Assembly (NCBI GenBank): GCA_026936335.1
Contig: JAPMXV010000033.1
Coordinates: 1 to 64,000 of the forward strand
Reading direction: 5' to 3'
Origin: Mantamonas sphyraenae STR306
Taxonomy: Eukaryota; Protista; CRuMs
Length of the DNA stretch: 64,000 nucleotides
A program made the translations under genes and the position numbers. The number at the start of each line of letters is the position of its first letter. Position 1 is the stretch's first letter. Positions 44,264-54,162 of the stretch are shown one piece after another. Below the pieces are notes generated by a model, which was not told the DNA's origin, did not search any database, and saw nothing but the letters and a program-made list of their open reading frames with translations.

Positions 44264-47200
44264 ATGCAAACTCTTCAACTGGAATCTCTTCCTGTGGAGG
44301 TTGTTCTCAACATCCTACACTTTCTGTCGTTTGACGACCTGTGTCGTGTGTCCCAGACATGCCGTAGGCTGTACCATGTGGCCAACGACCAACTCTTGTG
44401 GCAGACACAGCTCGCCTGGGCACACTTTCCCGAGCCGCCTCCCCAAAGTGCCCATGAACTCCATGGCACGGGCCTCCTGCTCAAGGAACACTTTCTCCGC
44501 ATGGTTAGTGAGCGCCGTTGTACAGAATCCCCCCGCACACTGCCCTCTCCTGCACCTTTCCAGTCCTTTCCGTCCCCTGACACCGTTTCCACCGCTCACT
44601 TTCTTCCTGCAGGTTGACTCGGCCGTGTTTGTTGTCCCCGCCGCCATGATGGTCGACCACAGCGAGCCAACCGTCTACGCCTATGCTGCTCGTCGCCACC
44701 TTTTGTACTATAGCATCCAGGTAGGCCTGTACCCTTCTCTGCGGTGCCGCTCACCACCACGCCGTAAACCCCCGAAAACGGTTCGGCCGCCACGGCTTTC
44801 TTGTCCAGCGCCTCTGACACAGCCACGCTCCCACAAACCGCACGGATCCACCCCTTCACCACCCATCACCCAAAGGATGCACTGGACGAGGCACAGCCCA
44901 TGTGCAAGATCTACGTCCATCCAGGGAGGTACCAAGAGTCGCTCACCATTGATGTAGACGGCGTGGTGCTGCAGGGGCTGGGAAGCACGCCTGTGACACT
45001 GCACAGTGAGTATGGCCTGGAACGACAGGCACGCGTGGTGCTGCAAAACACAACTGGGTCCCATGTGATCGAGGCTAAGGACGTGACGCTGCGCGACTTG
45101 TGCCTGCGGCCGGACGACGGCACACAGCGCAACTTCGTGGTCAACTACAACTGTGTGGCCGTCAAAAGCGGCGAACTGACCATGGACAACTGCCACTTTG
45201 CTGGTAGTCTGGCTCCTGACGATCCCAGCCTCCTCGACGCCCACTTGGAGCCATCCGGACCCCGATTTAGTGACATCGACTCTCTTTTTATTGACACGCC
45301 CTCGTCCGGAGACAACGACGGCATCCCTGGCAATGACGACGATGGTGACGCAGGTGCAGGCGCAGGCACAGGCGGTGAAGTTGGACCACCCGCCAACAAC
45401 GAACAGCGCAATCTCGGCGCCCTGCTTCTGGACCACGACGCACAATGCACCCTGACCCACTGTCTCATGCACAGCATCGGATACCACGCCATTCGCATCA
45501 AGAGCCGCAAGGGTCTGCTCATGACCAACAGCTCCGTGTACAGCGTGCGAGGAAACGCAATCGTCGTCGACCGCAATGCCGTCGTCATGCTCGACTCCAA
45601 CGACATCTACGACACAGTGAACACGTGCATCTCCTGCGGCGGTGAAATCACCCTTCACAACAACCGCATCCACCACAGCAAACACAGCGGCATCTGGATC
45701 CGCGAACACGGCCGCGGCATCATCCGCGAGAACGAAATCTTTGCCATTGCCTACCACGGCATCGCTATTGAACGCTCGCATCAAGAGACCCTGGTGATCA
45801 AGAACAAGGTGCATCACGCCGTGAAGCGTGCCATCTACGTTTACCAGCGTGGTCGCGCCCTCATCGAGGACAACGAACTGTACGAAATCAAACAGACCAG
45901 CGTGGACGTGGCCTTCAACTCCATGGCTGTGCTGCGAGGCAACGAGATTCGCGACATCCAACACAGTGGCATTTGGGTTCGCGAGCCCGAAAGTGCCGTC
46001 ATTGACAAGAACCACATCCATCACGTGGCGTACTTTGGCATTGCCATCGAGAGTGCCAAGAACACCACTGTGACGCGCAACCACATTCATCACACCACAC
46101 GCCGCGCCGTGGTCATCTACAAAAACGCCGAAGTGGACATGAGCGACAATGACATCGAAGAGACGGCGCAGACCAGCGTTGAAGTGAAGGACGGCGCTGT
46201 AGCCAACATCACACACAATCGTATCCATGACAGCAAACACACAGGCATCTGGGCTCACGGCAAGGGCTGGGCTGTCATCAAGTACAACCAGGTGTATAAT
46301 ATGTCCTTCCACGGCTTGTGCATTGCCACAACCGAGCAGAGCGCAGTGGTGGGCAACACCATCCACGGCTGTGGCAACCGTGCCGTGTATGTGATGGAAC
46401 ACGGCTCCGCGCTGATCGAATCCAACGAGATCTACGATACCAGCCAGACCTCGGTGGAGGTGACCAACGAGAGCAACTGCGTGCTGCAAAACAATTACAT
46501 CCACGACGGCAAACACACAGCCATTTGGGTGCGCCAGCTGTCCATGGCAGTCATCGAACACAACGACATCCGGCGCATGGCCTACTTTGGCATTGCCATC
46601 GAGGCCAGCGGCGCGGAGCGGTCTCGCATTGTGCACAATCGCGTGGAGGGGACGTCCAACAGCAGCGTGCTGGTGTTTAAGAGCGGCAGTGCCGTGGTGG
46701 AACACAACCGCCTTCGCGACTGCCATTCGCACGGCATCCAATTGGAATCGTCAGGCGCCGCCACCGTACGCTTCAATGAGGTTGAGCGCATGCAGGGTGA
46801 CGGCATACGCATCAACGACTACGGCAGCGCCGACATCAGCTACAACAACATCCGAGAGTGCAGCCAGTACGGCATTGCGCTCTGGTCGCAGTCTCACTGC
46901 GACGTCTCCTACAACAGTGTGCGCGGGTGCCTGCCGCCCAGCATCAAGGACCTGCACGGCATTCATGACCTTGTACACAACGACATCTGGGAAGAAGAAG
47001 TGAGTCAGGGTGCAGGTGACGAGTTGGAGAGCGAAACACAGACAGAACCAGCGGTGCCCCTGTACAGCGGCCAAGCGGGCGACAGTGGCTTTGAGTCTGA
47101 TCACGAAGACGGAGTGGGACCCGAGGAGAGCCTGAGTGAGGAGCACGGGCCCAACGGCGAGTGGAGGGCCAAGGTTGCAGGGAACAGCAGCTCGAGTTCC

Positions 47201-47395
47201 CGGTTGGGGTCGCCGCTTCCAAACAACGACCCTGAAGGGAGCAGCCGACGAACAAGCAGCAGTGAGGATCAGAGGCAAGGAAACGACGGGGACCAAGAGG
47301 CAGCGGGTGTAGACAAGGCCAAGGAGGAAGAGGGGACGGAGAGGGTGTGGCGTAGCTCCGCAGTGCCCTTGCGTGGCCAACAACAGCGTGCGTAG
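44264..47395 (+). CDS. F-box protein with a long right-handed beta-helix (FBXO10/FBXO11-like architecture); introns 44504-44612 and 44721-44875
   Basis: F-box LESLPVEVVLNILHFLSFDDLCRVSQTCRRLYHVANDQLLW, then SIQDALDEA..IYVHPGRYQESL and many ~22-aa PbH1 repeats (NRIHHSKHSGIWI type). Confidence 0.9.
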
Positions 47396-47402
47396 CTCAT
47401 CA

Positions 47403-50400
47403 ATGAACAGTAGGGGTCCCACTCCCGTGGACGCAGGCGGTGGGGGTGGCAGTGGGCAGGCAACGGTGGATCCAGCCAGCCAGTTTGTGCGGCTGATGTC
47501 TCGGAACCAGGGCAGTGAGGCGTTTGAGATCCTGCATGCCCACCTGCCCATATCGGAGGACGAACCATGTGGTATGACGCTGGATTTGGGGCACTTGGAC
47601 GCCGTGTCGGCATTGCTGGAGTTTTTGCTAAATGTGGAAGAGGACGCGGTCGCCGCCGTGTGGGTAGCTCAGCGCGTTCTGTGGGCTCTTGCTGCCTCCC
47701 AGTCAGAGACACACATGGTGTTTGCGTTGGAGCTGGGCGACGTGCTCATGGACAGGCTACAGCGCAAGCTGTGCGAATGGGACGTGGGTGCAGCCATGGA
47801 GGTCGGGGTGAGCAACAACGAACAGGACGTCGTGGTCGCCACGCAAATCGATGCACAGAGCGAGGCAGACGACGAAGCCGACGACGAAGCCGACAAGGAC
47901 ATGGAGGCCACAGATACAGGGAAACACAACGACAACCCGGCGTACGAGAATCAAGAGACTGAGGAGAGCCTTGAGAGACAAGCAAGACAAGAGAGCTGGC
48001 TGCTTGCGTTGGCGTGTCTGCATCACTACAACTGGGCACACGCCAGTGCGGTTCAGAGCGACGCCGAAGCCCTGGGAATGAGCATCCGGCAGGCCACACA
48101 GATGATGAGTGAGCGCATCGATCGCCTGCAGACATGGGTGGTCTATCTCGCATGTGCACAGGAGCTTCTTCGGCAGGGCGTGTGCTGCGTGGACGCGCGC
48201 TCCCCAAGCAGCCTGGACAGCCTCCTGTTGCGCATGCGTTCCATGGCCCTTCCCTTGCTCGAATACGACGCTGCAGACAGGATACACACGCTTCTGCGTG
48301 GTCTGGCGACGTACGTGACGCGATGGCAAGCAAACTTCAACGCGTCCCCCATGCAGGGCCATGCCCCGTGGGAAGAGGCTGTCGACGCCCTGGACGAGAT
48401 GTTGTCGCGGATTCGACGAGAGTTGGACATTGTGCGTTCGCCGAAGCAGTTGCAGGCGCTGTGGAAAGACGAAGGCGAGTGGTCGCCTCTGCTGGCCTCT
48501 GCTGGCCACCACCGTGTGCAGTTGGCTTCGCTTTTGCGGCCCATGTCGCTCATGCGTGCGGATAATGTGTCTCAGGAGAATGACCAGGCCTTGCTGGATG
48601 CCCATCAAGAGTACAGCCGGCAACTGGGCCTTCGCTTGGCCGACATGCTCGACAGCGTCCAGCGACTGGTCCTCGGACCGGATGACTCTCGCAACATCCA
48701 CCTCACATTCGCTCTTCTCAATTGCCACTTTTCCGAGTATCTGCCGCTGCCTGCCGACCTGCAACCGGGGGTGCTTGTCAATCGGGAGGACAGCCCGGAC
48801 AGCCCATCTGCAAGTCGCAGCGACGACGGCACAGAGGACGGCAGCGATGACGACGCCAATGGCGTTCTTCTGAAGAGTGGACATGCTGCCGACGACAGCG
48901 CGGCAGTGTATGCGTCGTGTGCGTTGTTCCACTTTCTCTTTCGTATGGCCTCCGTGCACACGGGACCCGACTATGTACGCTGGATGGACGACGGAGTCGA
49001 GGTGGATTATGCCGTGGCCATGCGAGCAGACAGTGAGGAGGAGCTTATGCACGATTGCACCGTGCCTTTTGTGTGCCTGCACAACAGAGATCTCGATCCG
49101 GCTCTGGCCGCACGCGTGGCCACCTTTCACCATTGGTTATTTGAGCTCAAGGCGCAAGTGGACTCGCCTCCTCGTCTCATTGGCCTCGAGGGCCGCATCC
49201 TTGCCGACGACAGCGCCGACATGTCGCACGACACCACCGGCGACGCAGACCTGGACGACTCGGACAGTGTGTCGTTGCACACGCCAGACGAACGCTCAGA
49301 GGTGTCCATGGCTCTGAGTGATCTGTGGGAGACTCTGGGCGTGGGTACACAGGCACCACAGCTGCTGTATGGCGAAATGACGCCAGCGGCGTTGACCGAA
49401 CACATTGTGCACAACGTGCGTGCTGTGGCGTTACTCAGCATGGGAGACGACCACGACGCATGGGTGCACCCGCTTCAGGCAGCCAGACGTATTGTACAGG
49501 GCCATGCCATGGCCGACTCGGCGCTGCTCCGCTGGATCAAGCCCGTTCTCGCCGGCCTCACACGTCTGTGGCTGTTCCACGGTGCCTCGGAACTCGACAC
49601 ACAGGTGCAAGCTCTGCAGGACGGAATGTACAAACACCTCAATCCCATGCGATTGGCAGAGATGCCAAGCCATGTGGAAGACGACCTGCAGGAGGTGGAC
49701 GGTGATGATGGACAGCCCAAAACCAGGCTCCAGCAAGCGGACGGCGAGGAGCAAACCGACGGCCAGGCTGAAGCAGTGGCAGTGATGACTCGTGCATACT
49801 GGCTGGTGTATCATCCGCTGCAACAACTGGCAAACAGGGCGTACCGAGAGGTTGGAGGCGCGCATCTGAACGCGGACGGAGGCGAGGCGGCTGCACGCAG
49901 CCAGTGGGAGGCACTGGCACGCAACATGGATGGTTGGACACGTCTGGAGCATGAACTGGTGCGCATGGGGGCGCACGAGTGCCATCCAGTGCGTGTCCAT
50001 TGGCACACCGTGTGCCACGCCGCCGTCAGCGCGGTATATGAGCACCACGCCGACGAAATGGAGTGGGCACGCGTGTTTCTACGTCTTCAAGAAGAAAGCC
50101 AGAGCGTGATGGTGCGCATGGTGGAAGCCTTGCCTGTGCACAGTCAAAGCAAGGGGCAAGTGCTGCGCACGCTGTACTCACTTCCGTCGCCATCGGGCCG
50201 CCGCATCGCACAGGACACAGCCATGGTGGAGTGGTCGCATCTGATGGACACCATGTTGCCGTTAGTGGACGGAGACACAGACACAGATGACAGCGTCATT
50301 GTGCGCATGGGCGCCCCGGGGTTGCGGCGCCTTCACCCGCAGATCCAGCAGTACCTGCTTGACGTACACTACCTGGACCCTCAGAACGGCTTCCAGATGC

Positions 50401-52925
50401 CCGAGAACGAGCACAAGACACAGCACAAGGGACGATCACTTGTCATTCCCGTGGACACGGTGCTGCGAAGCGAAGGAATCCGTGTGCGTGTCTACCTCAA
50501 AGTGCTTCCGGCCATGCCTGTGAACGAGATTGCTGCCAATCTGCTTGCGGGCCTTCTGTTTGGCACACCTGTGCACATGGACCTGCTGCACGTCACGTAC
50601 GCAGGCCACCAAACCCCTGTCCTCATCAGCTCTGCCCTTGACGGCCACGACCTTACGGCCAACAAACACACGAGCATGGCCCGTGACTCATTTTCCATGG
50701 CTGTCATGCTTGAAATGCTGCTCTGCCGCCTTGACGGCAAACCGGACAACGTGATATGTGTGCGGGACGACTCGTCCTCGTATGCAGGGGTGCGGCCCGT
50801 GCTCATCGACAACGAGCGCATCCTGGAGCAAGTTGTCGTGGTGAGCAACATGCAGCCTAAACCGGGTGTGCGCAGTGCGTTGCTGTGTGCACCAGACATG
50901 TGCAATGGCCTGAACCCACTCGCGGCATCTGTCCTCCTTGCCTTGGACCCAGCCAAGGTCCTTGCCGAATGGTTGCGTCTCCTGGGCGACCAGATGCACA
51001 GACACAGCGAACTTGTGTTTGATGAGGATGACATGGTCCATTGGGTCGGCTCGTCCTTGTCCCGCGGCGCTTCCACCAGCAGTCTGCGTTCCTGGTTTTC
51101 TTCCTCCTCTGCCCGCTCCTCCTCCTCCTCCTCCTTCTCCTCCTCCTCGTCCACATCTGGTCCCGTGTCGCCTCGGCAGCTCCAGCGTACCTCCAGTGGC
51201 TCTGGACTGCTTCCACTGCGATCCGCGCACTTTGTCACTCCTAGCGCATCCTCGCAGTGTGTCCTTGTGCCCACATTTGATCCCGAACGTGCAGCCCATG
51301 TCCTGTACGAACGCTTGGTACGCCTCCAACAGTTTGCTTTCCAAAGTGCATTGCCGAGCTCACCTGCAGCCCATGAAAACGCCCTGCTCGAGCGGCCGTT
51401 CCTTACTATGGAGACGGTGCCTGAACACGCACGCGTCAACCACTTGCACATGTTGCAATGGCTGCATCCCGTGCTGGGAGACATTTACACGAGCGCCCAT
51501 GACCACACGGGTGACCTAGACACCCTGCAGCGCTGGATGACCATTGCCGGCGACGGTTACACCCTGCGCAAGCTTGCTGGAAACCAGATCGAGTTTGTCA
51601 GTGCCGAAGATCTACCCGTGCGCCTCAGCCGCGCCGAGATCGCTCTTCGACGCTGCATGGCCTCTCGTGTCGACGGCATGATCACACATCTCGAGATGGC
51701 TCGCGCCCAGTTCCAAGCACTCCCGCAATTGGCCGAAGCCCTCAAGCAGGGTGACTCGTATGCTATTTCTATTCTCGACGAGCTGGTTTTGGATCTGTCC
51801 AAGGCCATGGTTGTTCAGCAGCTGCAGTTCGATCCGTCCGCCTCCTCCTCTGACTCGGACGATGCTGGTGGGATGATAGGCGTCACCTCGTCCTCCTCGT
51901 CAAGCTCTTCCTCTTCCTCCTCAGTTTCGGAAACACCCTCGTCGCAAGATGGCGTGTCATCGTCGTCCAACGACCGTGAGACCAGTGACCGGAGCTCCGG
52001 ATCAAGCAGCACCATAGAAAAACGCCTGCTTCGCAGGTTGCGTGGTCATCCGCTGGAGCATCGCCATCTGACTGTACGCCACAGCATGCAACTAAGTGTC
52101 GATTCGCTGAGCCGCATCTTGTCTGCCTCGTTCAACCTCCGCTCTTTGCATTTGCAGGGCTGCAGCAACGTCAATGTGGTGGGTATGATCAAGCTGATGG
52201 CCACAGAATTCCCTGCGTTGGAGCGATTGGCCATTCGCGAACACAACCACGTCCGATCTGTGGCCACAGGCACTTCTGAATTCCCCAAATGTGTACGCTT
52301 TCCCAGGCTGCAGATGTTGGACATGCGCGGGTGTGGTGCCCTGCAACAGGTACGCGTGGCTTCTCCCTGTCTCGTACATGTCGTTCTGGATAACTGCTGC
52401 TTCTTGGAAGACGTCCGTGTGCAGGAATCGGCACACGCTGTGCGCGTCGACCTCGCAGGCTGCCCACGCATTGACCTTGCCGCCTTGCGTGCCCTCTGGG
52501 ACGCATCACTTGCTGGAATTTCAGCCCTTTCGCTGGCTGGCATCAGTGTCGACGACGCCGAATTCTTGCAGGATTGCCCCTGGCTGCTCAGCCGCGACGA
52601 GCTTGCCGACCTTAGCGACCGCAAGAAGCAGATGTGTGTTGCCGTCATGCGCTGCAATCGCCAAATGTCCACTGCCGTTCTTTCGTCCATGTCCCTCTCC
52701 GACGACAGCATCCCACTCCTTGTCAGCTGTGTGGCCTTCAACCTGTCTGTGCAAGTGCTTGATCTTCGCGACAACCCATTGCTGGGCAACAAAGCGGCCA
52801 CCCTCCTCGCCAACGCCTTTTCCCAGGGTTCCATTGCCCATGTGCACACTCTGCTCATTGAGGGCTGTGCCATGGCAACCAACAGCGAGGTGGACCTCGG
52901 TGAGTATGCCGCCGTTTTGGCGTGA
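47403..52925 (+). CDS. Giant (about 1840 aa) protein: helical N-terminus, atypical kinase-like domain, C-terminal LRRs
   Basis: Intronless ORF. Kinase-like motifs VYLKVLP..NE, DGKPDN and LIDNE at about 50490-50816. LRRs LRSLHLQGC, LQMLDMRGC and VQVLDLRDN at about 52060-52870. Confidence 0.8.
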   Translation: MNSRGPTPVDAGGGGGSGQATVDPASQFVRLMSRNQGSEAFEILHAHLPISEDEPCGMTLDLGHLDAVSALLEFLLNVEEDAVAAVWVAQRVLWALAASQSETHMVFALELGDVLMDRLQRKLCEWDVGAAMEVGVSNNEQDVVVATQIDAQSEADDEADDEADKDMEATDTGKHNDNPAYENQETEESLERQARQESWLLALACLHHYNWAHASAVQSDAEALGMSIRQATQMMSERIDRLQTWVVYLACAQELLRQGVCCVDARSPSSLDSLLLRMRSMALPLLEYDAADRIHTLLRGLATYVTRWQANFNASPMQGHAPWEEAVDALDEMLSRIRRELDIVRSPKQLQALWKDEGEWSPLLASAGHHRVQLASLLRPMSLMRADNVSQENDQALLDAHQEYSRQLGLRLADMLDSVQRLVLGPDDSRNIHLTFALLNCHFSEYLPLPADLQPGVLVNREDSPDSPSASRSDDGTEDGSDDDANGVLLKSGHAADDSAAVYASCALFHFLFRMASVHTGPDYVRWMDDGVEVDYAVAMRADSEEELMHDCTVPFVCLHNRDLDPALAARVATFHHWLFELKAQVDSPPRLIGLEGRILADDSADMSHDTTGDADLDDSDSVSLHTPDERSEVSMALSDLWETLGVGTQAPQLLYGEMTPAALTEHIVHNVRAVALLSMGDDHDAWVHPLQAARRIVQGHAMADSALLRWIKPVLAGLTRLWLFHGASELDTQVQALQDGMYKHLNPMRLAEMPSHVEDDLQEVDGDDGQPKTRLQQADGEEQTDGQAEAVAVMTRAYWLVYHPLQQLANRAYREVGGAHLNADGGEAAARSQWEALARNMDGWTRLEHELVRMGAHECHPVRVHWHTVCHAAVSAVYEHHADEMEWARVFLRLQEESQSVMVRMVEALPVHSQSKGQVLRTLYSLPSPSGRRIAQDTAMVEWSHLMDTMLPLVDGDTDTDDSVIVRMGAPGLRRLHPQIQQYLLDVHYLDPQNGFQMPENEHKTQHKGRSLVIPVDTVLRSEGIRVRVYLKVLPAMPVNEIAANLLAGLLFGTPVHMDLLHVTYAGHQTPVLISSALDGHDLTANKHTSMARDSFSMAVMLEMLLCRLDGKPDNVICVRDDSSSYAGVRPVLIDNERILEQVVVVSNMQPKPGVRSALLCAPDMCNGLNPLAASVLLALDPAKVLAEWLRLLGDQMHRHSELVFDEDDMVHWVGSSLSRGASTSSLRSWFSSSSARSSSSSSFSSSSSTSGPVSPRQLQRTSSGSGLLPLRSAHFVTPSASSQCVLVPTFDPERAAHVLYERLVRLQQFAFQSALPSSPAAHENALLERPFLTMETVPEHARVNHLHMLQWLHPVLGDIYTSAHDHTGDLDTLQRWMTIAGDGYTLRKLAGNQIEFVSAEDLPVRLSRAEIALRRCMASRVDGMITHLEMARAQFQALPQLAEALKQGDSYAISILDELVLDLSKAMVVQQLQFDPSASSSDSDDAGGMIGVTSSSSSSSSSSSSVSETPSSQDGVSSSSNDRETSDRSSGSSSTIEKRLLRRLRGHPLEHRHLTVRHSMQLSVDSLSRILSASFNLRSLHLQGCSNVNVVGMIKLMATEFPALERLAIREHNHVRSVATGTSEFPKCVRFPRLQMLDMRGCGALQQVRVASPCLVHVVLDNCCFLEDVRVQESAHAVRVDLAGCPRIDLAALRALWDASLAGISALSLAGISVDDAEFLQDCPWLLSRDELADLSDRKKQMCVAVMRCNRQMSTAVLSSMSLSDDSIPLLVSCVAFNLSVQVLDLRDNPLLGNKAATLLANAFSQGSIAHVHTLLIEGCAMATNSEVDLGEYAAVLA

Positions 52926-54139
52926 CCCAATCCAATGGAAATCACATTCCGCGGCGTATGCTGCGTGTTACTTGCTGGATTCACGGCTGCAGGTATGTCT
53001 TTCATGTTGCTGTCCATGCGGCCTGTGCCCCTTTTTGCCTTTCCCGGTGAGAATATCAGGCAGGCTGGCCTTATGCTTGTTTCTGCCGCCACGGTTCACT
53101 TTGTGTAGGGCGTGGCAGTTGTGCAATGGGATGATTGTGTGTGTGTTTGTGTGTGTGTGTGTTTACCTGCGTGTCTCTGCGTGCGAATGTGTGTGCGGAA
53201 CTCGTTTAGCTGACTCGGACATCTCAGCCATCTTTCTGCAGATCTATGCCTACTCGGGTTGCCAGTCGCTGACCATCTCCATTTTCCATGACTTTACATT
53301 GACAGGCCAGATGATGCTTCTGGTGTCGCTGGTACCCACGGTGCTGCGGTGAGTGGAAAGTCGGTAAACGGAGAGAAACGCTTGGCTAACGCAGAGTGTG
53401 CAACACACATGCACGCCTCCGACACAGGATGATTCAATTCCGCCAGGTCATGCATCACTTTGGCCGCGTGCTGCGGCACGTGACAAAGAAGTACAAGGAG
53501 ACCAACTTGCTGATGTTCGGCTCCATGCTGAACCTGGGTGTGGCCATCGTGCTGGCCTCGACAAACGAGAAGCAATACTTTGTGAGGGGTGACAAGTACT
53601 TTGGCAAGCTGCCCAGCCAGCAGGAGCCCGAGGAGGTCACGGAGCAGGAGTACTGCGGCTTTGCTGCACAGAGCTTTTCCATGGTTGCAGCCGGTTGGCT
53701 GACGGTGCTTGCCTTTCAAATTGTGTGGTTCTTCTACATCGATCGCATTATGGAAGAGTCGTACACGCGCGGCGAAGTCGACGGGAACTTTGGTGCAGCG
53801 CCCACAGACCACAACACGCAGATTGAGGAAGTCAGCGACGGAGAACGTACCGACGACGGCGAGGACAGCGACACAGAAGGGATTACGCAGGACCTGTACG
53901 ACATGCAGATGGCCATGGCAGTGCGTGCCTCCCTACAGTCTGGCCCATTGCCCCACAGGCAGATCCAGACGACAGGCGGCACACAAGTGATCCCTCCCTC
54001 GCAGGCCGTCCAACAGGACTTTCCCGTTCACGACGTCGAAGCTGGGAGCATCGACCCATCCATGGTCATAACGGGTGGCTTTGCACAGGAAGAGGATGGG
54101 GGTGATGACAGCGCCGGGCTGCTTGACAAGCGAAAATGA
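52906..54139 (+). CDS. Membrane protein with an acidic tail carrying a UIM-like helix; introns 52993-53241 and 53349-53427
   Basis: Splice phases are consistent across three exons. Three hydrophobic segments, DMQMAMAVRASLQ and a terminal DDSAGLL acidic dileucine. The start codon is inferred. Confidence 0.68.
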
Positions 54140-54162
54140 TCTGCGCTGGACTCCACTCTTTT

